Of a DNA stretch of 64,000 bases, positions 22,814 to 37,372 are shown piece after piece. The stretch's first letter is position 1. Every line of letters starts with the position of its first letter. The stretch comes from Phoronis australis (Eukaryota; Animalia; Phoronida), in the NCBI GenBank assembly GCA_002633005.1, contig NMRA01000001.1, positions 438,625 to 502,624 of the forward strand, written 5' to 3'. The notes beneath the pieces were generated by a model. That model did not search any database. It saw nothing but the letters and a program-made list of their open reading frames with translations, and was not told the origin of the DNA. The translations under genes and the position numbers were made by a program.

Positions 22814-25800
22814 GTAGGGCGGGTCTTTACGAAAAAATGACTTTTAACGAGAGAGATTTGTCTCTGTTTAGCCGTCGACATTGAAACGGTATGTGGCTCA
22901 ACTCGAGTCACGTGCCAACATTGGACGATACCAACAAGTGTTTTCTTGAGTTGCTGACGGTTTTAACTTCTTGTTGGTAACAGAAATTGAGTCCTATCAC
23001 GGAAAAGAAACATTATAAGACCAATTTTTATGTGATTAAAAGGCACAATTAATTATTCGTTTTTTGGCAGTTGAATACAGAGAGAATGCAGGTAGTCTTG
23101 GGAGGTAAGTCTTTGTAACTCAAAAATACATTTTATAGCTACCACTTGTAATAAGTCGCCCATGACAGACGACTACGGTATTGCCAATGGTGGTCTGCGT
23201 GCAGAGTTCGCTGGCATCGTTATTGTGTTTGCGAATATCGAGTTCGTAAAAATTCCTAAGTAGGCAACAACAGGTAAGTATGTTACGACTGCGAAGTTGC
23301 ACATGCGCAATGGAGACGCGACATCTTCAGACACATGTTCTATTGTTTAACCAGGTGTCAAAACAACAATTTCTAATCTGGTTAGTCAATCAAATCCTTA
23401 ACATCGTTCTGCAGCCGAAGATTTGCCATAAAATCCTGTACGAAAGAGCTGTGTTTCGATTCAGTAGTTATTTGCGGAACGAAAAAAAATCCATTCATCG
23501 TTTCCAACCGCATTCAATGCTATGTGAGGAGGAAGCAAACATGAGCAAAGAATCCAAGAGAATGGTTTCAAAGAAAAAAAGAGACTGCGAACCACGCAGC
23601 ATTGGTAACTTAATGACATTCGGCCGAAGTGCAAACAAGTGCGAGGTTTACACAACGGACACTGCCGTGTTTGTTCAACATCGCAAAGACGACTGGTTGG
23701 GGATAAGATTGATCGCTAATCAAATTGAAAGGAAATAATTCATGAACTAATCGATCGACAATGGGTAATGCGACATTCACGATATATATCAGCTATGGAT
23801 TACATCAACGATATATTGGCTCCACACATTTCAGCTATCAGCAAATTTAATCAGTAACGGGAAACGATTTCTCTGTTCATGACATGCATGCCATCGACAT
23901 AGGGTCTTTTGTCGGTACTGCCAGCCCCTTTTTCATATATGGTATTTAATAGAAAAAGATCTGTAAAAGCACACAGATAGTCTGCATTCAGACGTCATCC
24001 ACCCATGTCACTTCACCGCCATACCCGTGAAACTCGAAACATAAAACTTGTCTTCTCTTTATTTTTAAAACCCTTTGGAGTGGCATCTTTGAAAGCCGTG
24101 GTTTAATGTTTTGGGTGTGATCCTTTTTTTTTTAAATTAATACGGCGAGATTGCAATCCCCACACACGACGAAACCGAAAGGAGTTCATTGACTTCTTCA
24201 ACTAAAAAGATAAATTCCTGTTGCAAAATCGGATTGCGAAGATTGCGATTTCGACTTACGATGTGTGGAACTTCTGCAATCCAGTTTCACGTAACAATGA
24301 CTTTAAATCGAGACCACTAACCGTTGTGAAGTTGTCTCAACTCGTTCCTTGTTCGAACTAAGAGTACTTTAAGGGATTGGAAAGAACTGACAGTTTCCTA
24401 TTTAGTCAGAGGTCAGGCTCAAGGAGTTTGCCTGTGACGTGGAGTAAACGAATAAAGAATTGTTATTGCTTTCCAAACACAGAAATTCCTTTCCATTTGA
24501 GTAAGTAGCAGATTGAGATCAGGGGTCGAAACGATTCCTTGGCCGCGCCTTTAAACCCGTGCGCAAGACCAGCAAATACCAGACCCGCGGTGCAAATCCC
24601 GTACCAGCACCTATTGAGCGAAGGAACCAGGCACGTGCCAATAATTGATGATAAATATTCTAAAATGCCCCAGTTACCAGGTGTAGAGACCGTCTCGTGC
24701 GCGAGTCGACTCACCCGGAAATGCCAAGGAACATGTGGCACTCGACGACATATCGCGACTCCGCTAAAAATTGTTCAATTAGAAAGACGAAACGAAGTCC
24801 AAGAAGAAATTGACGTAAGTTTTCCCCCTGAAAATACCGCGTATAGTGATAAACTTGCAGTATCTCGTAAGCAAGAAAATACCCGCTATTGTAGGCTTAC
24901 GAGGATATGTAAATTATCTAGGTTTCAAAACGGTTGCTCGTGAAGTAAAGTCGTATATCAAAACAGAGATCTAATCATGCGGTGGATCCCTGGTTGGCAT
25001 TAGAGACGAAATTGCGGAAAAGAAGACACCATTTCGATAAATGTCGCTTGGCAGTATCAAATATTAAGTACATTCACAATTGTCATCGACCACAGGTGAT
25101 AATCCGTTGCGACAGAAACCCATTATAAAATGCCCTTAGGCCAAGCAAATAGAATTAACGTGGCCGTGTCGGTTAATTTCTTCAACTACGATACGTCGGC
25201 CATTTTCGCCGATTTCTGTTTCCGGAGCAGAGACTGTAAGAAACACGGTGCATGTTATCTACTTAACTGCAGAAGGTGATTGGACGTCTGCAGCACATTT
25301 GAGAGATTGCGACGGATTTGGAGCTCGTTAAGTGTCAATCGATCAGTTGTTTCTTAAACACATTTTTGGATATAAATGTATTTTGGGATTAAAACGATGG
25401 GAATGCGATCGAACAGCAGTATCTGGATTGTTCTGGTTTTCACGTGGTGCAACGCACGTTCGCTTTCACGGACACCTTTCTTCGTTTCATTTCTGTCAAA
25501 AATTTCAGGAAATAAAGTTCGATGCTAACCAGTCCTCGATGCTATTCCCAAATTATGCAGTTTGAACGAACTTTAATTTCAAGAAGTCGCTGCTTTTTCA
25601 GAAAAAATACAACAACTTAAAGTTTCTAAGTTTGATTTTTGAAAAAATAGTTACCACAGTTATTCAACGACAACGAACTTCTGTTGCTGTATTAGTATTA
25701 CTAAAGGTAAATGTAAATACGACGAGGTATGATTCACGAAATGTTCATTGTGACATTTTTGACTAGTGAAGCACTATGTTCTAACAAGAGACAACTTATG

Positions 25801-26447
25801 AAACTGTGCGGGTAGTCACTTGACATTCTGCGCTTGTGGCTATGCTTACGAATTCGAGATTTAAAAATAGCTCCGTTTACGGGATTGCCAAGCAACGCTG
25901 GAAAACGTCATCCTCCAAGAAACACAAAGTGTTTTTTGAATTTAAATTTAGATTTAATCTTTGATGTCTGGCTAAACATAGTTGTCCACGGGGTGTCACG
26001 TGACTATATTCAGTTATGGTAATGAACCTGAAGATGGCCGTAAGCGATTTGACCAGTGGTCAACAGTAGTGCGAATGGACGTATTTGGGCTTAATTAGCT
26101 CGCGTAACAATCGGCCCGTTATGTATAACTAAGCAAGCGCATGGACATTGCGTTCGCAAGATGCCAGCGACAAAGCCTAGGCACAAAATGTATACGAAGT
26201 GCCGACGCTGTAGCCAAATTTTATCAGTTTTGATAAATGTTTACGCGAAGTCACTGCTGAACAGTGTCAAAAGATTTCACAGTTTTCTGCTATAATATCG
26301 GTGCTGAAGAAAAACGTACCGACTCGTTCCCAAAACTGCCAGTTACAGTAGGCTGTTTATTTTAAAATTCAAAATATTTCTGCGGTATGAACTTGCATGG
26401 CACCAATGCGGACAGAATGCATTACGAAGGACGGGGAGATAAGTAGA

Positions 26448-26533
26448 TCGTAAGTCTTACGAATGACGTGAAAATAAGTACTCGTAAATTTTACGAATGA
26501 TGAGAATATAAATAGCTCGTGTTTTACGATTCG
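26448..26533. repeat. Three degenerate ~34-bp units with palindromic TCGTAA..TTACGA core
   Basis: TCGTAAGTCTTACGAATGA, TCGTAAATTTTACGAATGA, TCGTGTTTTACGATT. Confidence 0.6.
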
Positions 26534-29500
26534 CACGTGCTCCTTTCAATATCAATTCCTTGAGCCAGGAAACGGAGACGTATAAAATATTCAGCGGGGC
26601 GTCCTCGTTAGGAGATGATTAAACGATTTGGCTCCGGGTTGTACCAAACTCCAGTAAAAATTAGATCATCACTCGTGTGTTCTGACACCCTAAATATTGT
26701 AAAGAAATTTAATTATAGCCCAAGCTATTACACCAGCAATGGACTGCACTCAACACACATAATGACGTTTCTCAAGTCTGTCTCTTGCTCTGAATGGCCT
26801 GAACATTCCAAACCGTGTGCTTGATAGCTTGCAGACACAGCAAGCTGCTCTATAATACAGCGCGACACACTCTGTCCATGCTAATTCTGTTTAATTAATA
26901 ACGCACGGAATATTAAGAGGTCCCCTAGGCTTTATGAGAGGAGTATCATGTCGCGATGAATAACTTCGGTTACAATACCACAAGTGGTTGCCGATTGTTT
27001 GCAAAAATGGTAGAGTGCGTTTCGAGAACCCAATTCTAAAAGCATTAGCTCGTTTGCTGCATAATCCAGAGGTTCACGGAAAAGGGACCAGGCGCGACGT
27101 GTCTAGTGCACGTGCTCAATGAACCATCCATTGCTTAGTAACATCTAGGGCGTGATATAGTTCTCAGTGGTTTATCGCAGTTAAGCCTTCCACGAATATT
27201 CTTTTAGTTTTTCATTAATATTCATTTCCCAGGAGTTTAATTCCCACGAAAATGCACAAAGATTCGTTATAAATTTCCGTGATAAGTGATCTTTTGAGGT
27301 CTTGCTGTCAATCATGTGACAGTAATGGTCCAGAAACTTGGGTTCTAGAAATCGTGCGTTGCATGCGCCAGTGTCATCACAGGCAGTAAGTAAGTAGAAC
27401 GTTCATTTTTCATCGACTACGGGGCAGAAACACGGAGAGGTATTATTGGCGAGAGGCGTAGTTTTATTTTCTAAGATTAGAACCAACGCGTAATGGAACT
27501 CGCAACTTTAGCGGTCGCCATCCAGCCATGTGGTAACGGACCTAAACCAACCCTACCCGAAGAATGAGAGACGATCAACGATTATTTAACTTATAAATTC
27601 ACTTATGTTAATTCTTAGTGCACCGAAAGGCTCACAACGGCGAGAATTGAGGATTCGTAATAAAATCACAAAACACACAACAGATTCCGTTGTTTTGTAG
27701 CTATTGTAAAACCAGTCATGCCCTTTTCAAATTGATTTTTAAAGCAATACATTTAGACGCTACAGTAGTAACAATACCTAGGAGAGTTCAAGGAACCTTT
27801 CTACATCGACAATTACCAGAAAACATCTCGCTGCAGAGGGCTCACAGCGGGATTTACCGTTCGGGAATCGGCGAGCGGCAAGCAGACCCTACGCCGTGTA
27901 ACCTTGTTGAAATAGTTACCATCATCTGAAGATATCGCTTTGCGTCAGCACCAGTTACAAATACCTATGATTGTCCCTGAAGCATTTAAAAACCTGTTTG
28001 TCCAATCTGTATCTGGTCAAACTTAACAGCAGTCGACCATAGTGGATCTTTGGAAATAGTATTAGCAAATAGTACAAGAAACTCACACACAAGAGATAAC
28101 GGATATCTGCGGGTGATAATTAGGCAACATCCCAGGGAAATTGTAACAGCTCCAATAGACTCTGCTAATTGCGTGTTCCAGGTCTATTCAATCAAACATG
28201 GGTTTTTGTCACGAACCACACACAATTCAAGCGTCAAGTACAATTTAACCAGGTGAGTTACGCCCGTGGCCAGAGCAATGTCGAATTTTGAAAGCGATCT
28301 TGAAATTAATGTAACGTATCGCAGCTCGCTTCGGCATGAGTGCAGATGCCGAGGGGCAAATGTACGAGAGAATATTAACAACAGGGCCACAGTTACCCGT
28401 AGACGCTGTACAATCAATTTTGTTGCCAATTATATTACACAAAAATAGTTTTTACAAAAGATCTTGTGTAATCGTCCATTACCTATTCAAATAGGCCTTG
28501 CATCTAAACTGTCGCTATGTGAGAATAGCGGACGACTCACTGATAAAATACTGAACTCTGTATCAAAAAAATCTTAACATTGTGAAAACTGCTTTTTACT
28601 TCGAATTTTTATACCAATTAAAGTAACGGTCCCGTGTAAAGAAGCTTCAAAACACAGACAGCGCGACCTTCGAAAGAAATTATGTTACAAAATTCCCCTT
28701 AATAGCATAACTGAAGATTCGTGTATGAGATTATCAGGCACTATCTCCACAAGCCAGGACTTGATGACAACATGATTTGGATAGCTTATTCAAATATGAA
28801 ATCCGTTTCACTCGCAACCACCAGTGCACTAGACAGATTTGATTTTTAATGCATGAAGAAAACGGCGTTTGGCGAAGTATGAATTTTATACTCCAGCTGT
28901 TTAATTTCTCAAATAAAATCCCGTATACCCAACGGATTAAAATGTCTCCGTGTCAGCCACTAATCCCGAACTTACACACACATATATACTAATAGGACAA
29001 CACCACATCAGGATCTGAGACTGAAGCTCTGTTCAACATCGACAACAAAAACAATTTTCCGGCAGATATTTCATATAAAAAGATATTAATGTAACTTTAG
29101 ACAGAGCAAATCCCCAGGGCTGACTACAGTCTTCGCAAAGCCCACATTTTATTAATTCAACGACACGTCAGCTTAAACGTCTCCTGGGAAGACTAAATAA
29201 ACTAAAACCCTTAACATGGCTCACTGCAGTTGTCAAAACGTGTGGATGAAACAGCCAACCCGTTTCCTAGTCGATGTTTTGCTAATTTCATTAGATTTTT
29301 TCAGCAAGTCACCACGTAATGATGGACAACCTCTGTCCAAAGCTACGATAAGCCAGCCCTGCGTAACAGACATCAAAAGTGGTGCGATATGATAGCACAT
29401 CTACCCTCTTCGTCCCAGCAGGTATACACGCAGGAAAACACTAATATGTAACGTTACCGTCATCTTTAATGGCAGCGTCAAGGACCCGTGCCTTCATCGC

Positions 29501-32500
29501 TAACTCGTGAAGATCCACGACTACTCCAACGTTCCCATCGTGTCACGATACTCCAGCAGATACTTTGTTACTCCTCCGTGGGACGGCAGGCGAGTTCGTA
29601 TACTCCGTGGTTGCGCGTTACGTGAGTACAACACAAATCTAACAACGCTGTACAGTAACAAAACAATTAAAATAATAATAATAATAACAACGGACGAGGT
29701 TGTTCCCCAACAGTCTAACTATTACTCCTTTACGATCGTACCAGCGACCGTCGACCGCTGTCACCAGTCGGACATCAGCGAATTCAATTCCATTTCGTAA
29801 GAGTTGTCGCTCACTAATCGCGCATACATTAATTGTCGTGGCAAAAGGAACTCCACAATGGGCCAGTTCACTATAGCCGAGTATTGACTTTTCAGAGGAC
29901 GGCAGTATTACTTTCCAGTGGCTGTTTTCCGCTCCTTTGGCAACGTCCATTCAGGTTATTGTTTGTTGTGACGTTATACGGGGCGGCTTTTGTTCACGGG
30001 CCACCAATCAATACTAACCTGGCAAACCGCGGGTGGTGACCTCTTTCGGCTTTGAACGATCAGCCACACCTGAGACAGGTGGAAATTGGTGTCTCGATAT
30101 GACAAAAATCGGTCTAGCAGCCGGGGGCACATTCAGGACTCCTACACATTTACTGTACTCAAAACGCAACAAATGGCACCTTAGCGTTCCTTTGGCTAAA
30201 AATTCTACATTAAGAATTGGCAACCACAGACAACGTTATGTTTCTGTCACTGTTCTCAATTCGTTACACTCTACAAACATAACTGTTCTATGAAAGACAA
30301 TACCACCCTCGGGATAGGGCCATCTTTGCACAATAACACATGATATGTTACCCCTCAGTGAATATCTACTAGGCTTCGAATAAAGTAGGATAAACGAAGT
30401 ATTGCGGTTACTCGAAGTCAAAACCAAACTGACCAGAAACTGCAAGACCTGGTTGTTTCTTATAAGAGTTAAAACAATCAACTGATAACCACACCACTCA
30501 CGACTATATCAAAAGGAAAAGCATGGGTCTACTCCCCCAAAAATATAAGAAAGACAACAAGAGGAAACGTTCCAGACACAAATCATTAATCGGACGAACG
30601 ATTTCCCTGTGAATACGTCGATCAATCACCTCACTCAGACCGCTCAAAACGATGTTTGCTTATTAACTATTCACGAAAGGTAAGCTATCGATCCGTATTT
30701 TTGCGAAAAAAAAAATTAAGAAAACATCGAAAAGGTATGTGGCATCCAACAAACTATTCTCTCCAAAATAATACGAAAGAAAACGTGTCTACATCCCCTC
30801 ATGCAAGCAAACAAAACAAGTCGCAAAATCAACTAAAACACAGCTTTTTCAGTACCTTCGCCTCCTTTGGAGATCTCCTTAAACACTTTTGCCATTTGCG
30901 TCAGGTCGAAGAGGGGAGACTTAGTTTCATTTTGTTGCCGTGATTCTGTGTTCAGAGTACAGAGCAGAGCGTTAACACACAAACGTAAACACGTAATGTA
31001 GCCAGGAACATTTTTTTCTAAAATCCTTACACGTGCTAACCAAATCTTTAGGCTTTCCGCCCATGTTGTAAATGTGTGTAAGCAAACCCACTTAAGGAAC
31101 GTTGTTCGTTACTCAGCTGTTTCACACTAAAAACCTACACAAACTTAACGACGCCTGCAGTATGGAACTGGTGCATGTTATCAAAATACTCAGACAGGTC
31201 AACAAAAAATTAACTCTCGTATCCACATCAAAAACTGAACAGGTCGAATAATTTTGAAACCAAAAAGAAAACCAATGCAAACTAACTCAACAACACACAA
31301 ACCAATTGGTGACATCCCTCTCTCTGGCTGCAACGAAAGCGAAACAAATACAAAATCTTAACACAGGATCAGACCCGTGTCGTGAAAGCCACTTCAGTAT
31401 TCTCCATGACTCTAAGATCAAGCAACATTGTTCGACTCCCAAGACCATAACAAATAAAACCTCGAGACTAAAACAATGCCAAATTTGCCACGCATAACTG
31501 AACTGAACACGGATGAAACGAGAACAAAACGAGAAGACAAAGCGAGCAGACGGCGCACGTCTGCCACGAGTGTGAGCTATTACCTTGTTCATTCTTTTCG
31601 AGGTAAACTAGACCTTTCGACAAGCGCGTACCATTCTGGTTAGAGTGATCTGCGCTTGATTCCTCATCTACACAAACGTAAATAGGAAACAAGATTGTTA
31701 ACAAGGTAAGAATAACAGCAAATGTCGGTCGCCCTGCAAGACGTACCTTTAATTGATATCTTATTATGAATTCCAGATTTGCACATAAGCACGTGTAGAC
31801 CTACTCCAGTGCCGGAAATTCCTCGAGAAACACTTCTTCATTCATGACACTTTGGATATTTACAACTGCCGTTACAGATTTCTAAGAATGATGATTTTCT
31901 TAATAATTCCAGACAAGAACCAACTCAAAATTGTACACGTGTAATGTGAAGTCTTGAGATAAACATGAAATGCAATTCTTCACAATTACCACCTAAACAT
32001 GAGTATTACTTATAAACTGGCCTAAAATTGTCATCATACCGTATTGGAAGTTTTTACCAGCACGAATAGAGGACCAGCGACTGATGGGAGAGGGGCCCGG
32101 TCCCGAAAAACCATGTCCAAATTGATGGCACTTTGACACTACTCTTTTCGACTACCTACATAACCAAGATGTCTTAGCCGGTTGACCAGGCGGAACTGGC
32201 GAAGTCCAGCAAGAGCAATCAACGAATGTCGGTAGTTTGGATTCATTTTGCGAGGCGTTACAAAACATCGAGTTGTGCTTCTGAGGTTATACTGTGATCG
32301 AGATGAAGCTCATATGAATTAATTTTCGCTTATTAAACCGCTTCATTCTGATTTTGAACTTGGTCATTTTTGACGCCACGAGTCAGCAATTTATATAAAT
32401 TGAACAACGGTGATTCAGAACGCCACCTGTTGTTTGGGGCAGAAGAAAGTGTTTCCAAGTAAGCACTAAAATATTTAAAATTAATAATAACAAGTTATTG

Positions 32501-34380
32501 ATCGTTCCGATGGAATTGTGCTCAGACAAGTAATGGCTGAAGAGATTTGCGTGTGTTGTACGAGCATCTGACCGTAATTTTCTCGGACAGGCTCCACGTA
32601 ATACCGTGTCAGCGGTGTAGTCGGGCATAAGTTGCTCGCTGTGAGGAAATGGCCGGTGTGTTTAAAACGTTAATTATGCAATCTTCATTGGGGCACTGCA
32701 TCACGCCGATCAATTGTACGATTGATCTCAGGCATGCAAAACGAGCCCTCTGATTGATTTTTAATTAATAATAGATTTCGTAAGAACAGCTGTTAATAAA
32801 GGCCCTTACGCGGAATTACAAAAAAAATCACAACTGCGTCCTACATCGATTTGTTGGGGCTTTTGAAATGGTGTCTATGCGTTCCATTTCTTGCAATGAA
32901 TATTTCTTCAACAATTTCACTCCATTTATCCCCAAAACCACTATTACGTTACCATTTTACGATTCCTGGACAAGCTATGCAAATCCGTCACAAAATGTTG
33001 CGTGAGATTTAAGTTTTCTGACCAAGAGTGTCCCAGTGTCATGGAGGTGTCTTCGTAAACAAAGAAACAAAACAGTGATTTTTTACGTTTTATAAGCTCA
33101 CCAATAACCCGAAATTTTCGGGTTTCGAAATTTAGACCGTGTGGAGTTATGTCCCGTGATGAGCAAAGGGAGGTAAGTATCGTGAAATAGGTAAAATAAG
33201 AATGGCGGCCTTTAACACGTTCAAGTACAGTCAATTTCTAGAGGTTTCGTGAGATTGGAGAAACATTGTCCTAAGATTCTGAAAAAATAATGTTCCATAC
33301 AAAACGCTGTGAGGACTGTTCTAATTACAATGCACTAGATTTGGTAGAAATGTTACGCAATTATTCATTTTCGACAGCAGAAATCAAAAACAGACTGTTC
33401 CACTCTGGTAAATATAGAATATGTTTGTTTCTTTTAAAATAGCTAAGCAAGGTTAAAAGCTTAGCAAACTCAATTTGAACTACACCAGTTATTCTCAAAT
33501 GATGTTATTTCAACGCCAAATCATTTTCCAAAATAACCAGAATGCAACAGTTTCTGATTGTCTGATGGTGCACCAACAACACTGACGTCACGCCCAACAA
33601 CCTTGAGAAACACGGACAGTCAAAAATGAAAATTTCTACAGGATACAATCAACGGAATGTTGTTATTTCCATATTTGCTTTTCATTGCATAATGTAAACT
33701 GACGAAGACAAACAAATATGTATCTTCAAGAGGTAGGCAGATGGAATTAGAACAGTTAAACTTGTAAACGTCGTTATCGATGAATGTGAACACCTGAGTA
33801 TATTTCCAGTATTTTGTGTGTCACACCTTGACTAATTGGTTCCCAATAAAAACTCCTGGGAGCCTAATTTCAACATTTTATTTACCCAAACGGGGGCAAT
33901 AGTTCACCAGCCTTTGACTACAATACACGAACAAGCGACTTCTGCGTTGGAGGATGATTGACTTCAGAAAATCGAAAAGTCTTAGTGACAGTGGCTTCTG
34001 TTGCAAGCCTTTCAACCCACGAGGACAAAAATTAAGTACATTATAACTAATTCGTATTTTTCCAAATATCGGAAGATTATTGGTTGGTAATTTCGTTGAC
34101 TCTCACACTTGCAAATTTTTTTGTTTGCAAACTAAACCAAACCCATCAGCAAACTCCGAATTTGGCAATGTTTGCAAACAAGTCTGGTAGAGTTTGGTAA
34201 CCTGGACCGAACTTTGCAATTAAACGACTAAGAGGGTGTTGGCATGAAACTAATTAATCTCGCTCTGTGAAGCACAAACAAGAAAAACGAATGTGAACTT
34301 GACGTGCTAGGAATGTAGTGTTTACCAAAAAGATTAGCAAAGCCAATGAAGTGGTATCATTCGATTGGAACGAAACCTCA

Positions 34381-34452
34381 ATACACAAATATCGTCTGCA
34401 ATGGCCAGGCAAATATCGTCTGCAATGGATACACAAATATCGTCTGCACTGA
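34381..34452. repeat. 24-bp tandem repeat x3
   Basis: Core CAAATATCGTCTGCA repeated at 24-bp spacing. Confidence 0.9.
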
Positions 34453-35179
34453 CTGGTTCTTCTTGGAAGTTAAGAGTATTAAAGATAATTCAAATGGAAA
34501 GGTTGGAAAACCAATCGGCCTGAAAGTAGGCTGCACAAACGGGGTGCTTGGAAACATGTGTACCCCTGGGCAAACATTGTTATATCTGAACCCCTGTGAG
34601 CATCAACTGATCAAAAGTAATACTTCATAAATATCAACAGCCATTATATGAAAATTTGTGTAACCTTCCTTCAACTCTGTTTTGGGCGTGAAAATGATGA
34701 ATTTTTCATTGGCTGTTGACTTGCACAAATAAATTGTGAAATCCCATGTGAAATAGGGTAGACCTATACCATTGTAAAATTTCTAAAGGAAAACCTGGCA
34801 GTCAGATGCAATTGTTTAGGCTGGTGCTAAGGAGGAATTTGTAAACAAGTGTGACTCAGGTGAGGAACTGAAATTTCAGAAAAGGTGGAAAATAACACAA
34901 CAAAATATTCCAAATGAAGAAGAAATTACCAGAATGCAATACTCTGGTGTCAATCTTACTTAATGAAGTGGTGGGGAACAGTTTCACATACCTCACCCCT
35001 TTTTGTGCATTAATAACGTTATGTGGGACCCAAGAAAAAATGTCCCAAATTGGGCGAACTATGGAGCTTATATCTCAGGAATGGCTGGTGGTATTTATAT
35101 GAAAGATACTATTATATAACTAACAATTATTAGGTGTTTGTTTCATCACTTGAGCTATAGTTAAGAAAGAAAACATCTC

Positions 35180-35254
35180 TGTCCCAACCTGGTCTTGCAC
35201 CCCATACCTTCTGCTAACAGTGCAGACCCTTTAGTTCACTAAGTTACAGGGAAC
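35180..35254 (-). mobile_element. Degenerate tRNA-like sequence (tRNA-derived SINE head or pseudo-tRNA)
   Basis: Minus strand GTTCCCTGTAACTTAGTG...TCTGCACTGTTAGCAGAAGGTATGGGGTGCAAGACCAGGTTGGGACA keeps tRNA-like spacing with decayed A and B boxes. Confidence 0.4.
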
Positions 35255-36882
35255 ATAAGTCAATTACCCCCAAACCAAACAGACTTGATAGAAGTCATCT
35301 TCACCCAAACTTGAGAGCACATATACAGGTATATAATTATGTTGTTATAAATTATCATGTTTATATGGTATAATTAAGAATTATTAGTTTTCATAAATGC
35401 CAAATGTTGGTCACATCAGAGTAGAGTCTGTATCAAGACAGCTACTAATACACATCAAAATGCAAATTTATAACTACACAATTATATACCTGGCACATAC
35501 TTCAGATAACTATGCCTTTTAGGCACTGAAATTCGACTTTGACACCAAGGGCTAACATAAATAGGACTGGTGATTTTATGGAAAAGGTTTCACGAAAGGA
35601 AAATGAACAGGTAATTTAGAAAATTGTTACTGAGAATTACATCTTACAAAATTTGGTCATGTACTGTTGTTTTTCTACGAATGTACCTTCTTTTGGTTAA
35701 ACTTCACTAAAAGGACATGGTTGTATGACCCAGATTGACATTAAGTCAAAAATCTTATTTTACAGGCTTTTTAGTTTCAGAAAATATGTACATTTTCATA
35801 GTTAATTTCTGCAGTTTTGTAAATATTTGGCAAACTTCTTTATAAGGTCCAACATAAAATTAATTTTAATGCTCTATAAACTCATTTTCCATTAACAACT
35901 TTTGATATAGATTACGGAAGTTCATTTTTTGGACAGAACCCAGGTTTTTAGCCTCTTTACTGGTTCCCTTTCCTTTTCTTTTTGTAATTGTCAGGAGCCA
36001 TTATGTAGTTGCTTCAATAATAAAACAATGCAATAATGTAATGATACAACAAACCAATACATACTGGAGTTGAACTTAAAAATTTGTCTAAGGATGTGAA
36101 CCATAGACACATATCATTGAACCATACTCTAAACCACATGTGACAATTGAAAGAGCTGCATTCTACTATATGAACAATCATCAATAATTGGTCAGCTCGT
36201 GATTAATATCTATTAACCATTACTCTGCTGTAACTATTGACCAGCTCTCATTGTGAGCATCAAATCAGTTGAGCTGCAGTCTATATACTGGCTGTGCTGA
36301 CACACACAACCTGGACAGGGGGGTCTCCAGAAAGGACCAACATGTGCAACCAACTCAGAGTCGCAAGCAATAACACAGACATAAAGGGCAGGGATGCGTG
36401 ATCTCACCACTGAAAAATGGACCCTTATCAAAGTCATGCTTGTCTCTGACATGGGTTCACTTTTCAAACTGGAAAAGGAGCCCATATCACAAGTTTGCTC
36501 AAGCATACCCACTTCAACCATAAAGAGACCTCACTTTGAAAAAGGGCCCTTTTCAGCGACCCATGGGTACCCACCATACCTATGGTAGAGGAACTCCCCT
36601 AGGGTTATACCAACGCAACAAAGAGTTTTGTAGTGATGTGTTCAACTTTTTGGGTATTCCAGAAAACCTTCAAATGAGTTTTTACTGAGCCATTATATTG
36701 GCATCATTTTACAGTAGTCTGCCACCTATTGTATAAGATCAGAACTTTTGTCCCCGAAGTGTGATCCGAGATCAACAGATGAAGCAAGAACTGTCGACAT
36801 GCAGTAAAATCTCACCAATTTCAGGCAAGAAATAAAATAATTAACAAGGGGAGAAAGGCGGTTATTAATACATAAGGTCCTG

Positions 36883-37194
36883 TTAGGAGAATAATCTCCT
36901 CACCAGGCTTTCATCCTCAATAAATGCCGCAGTAATCACCGCTTTCATCAGTTCAAATACCGACACATGGAAATTTGTGACACGCTGCCACGCCTTACCG
37001 CAAAGTTCATCGACGAACGAGTGCACGATGTCATCCTTGGTCCAGATGTAGCTCTCTTTATTCAGCATAATCTGGGGTGTGGTAGGCTGCGACGAGTCTG
37101 GAGAGCTCCCCTTGCTGTTGGCACGTGCAGTGTCAACTGTGAGGAAGCCATTTTGATGAGTGGATTCTGGAACATTCTCATGAGAATCCGCGTT
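36883..37194 (-). CDS. Probable terminal coding exon of an unidentified gene (NADSHENVPES...DDIVHSFVDELCGKAWQRV...LVRRLFS*)
   Basis: Acceptor ATTTCCATTTTAG|AAC, then 103 sense codons and TAA; locally GC-rich with many G/C-ending codons against AT-rich flanks. No family recognised. Confidence 0.6.
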   Translation of the reverse strand, partial: NADSHENVPESTHQNGFLTVDTARANSKGSSPDSSQPTTPQIMLNKESYIWTKDDIVHSFVDELCGKAWQRVTNFHVSVFELMKAVITAAFIEDESLVRRLFS

Positions 37195-37206
37195 CTAAAA
37201 TGGAAA

Positions 37207-37372
37207 TAATTATGTTAATAATAATGATAATAATAATAATAATAATAATATTAATTATAATGATAATAATGATGACAATGACAATAATGATCATTATGAT
37301 GATCGTAACAATGATAATGATAACGATAATAATGATAATAATAATGATAATACTGATAATAATGATAACATG
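37207..37372. repeat. Imperfect (AAT/GAT)n microsatellite
   Basis: Triplet run abutting the 37194 acceptor. Confidence 0.95.

Noticed and set aside
22383-33234. Numerous 60-150 aa ORFs (e.g. 23280-23738, 24539-24943)
   Set aside because: No recognisable motifs or consistent splice structure; lengths are within chance expectation.
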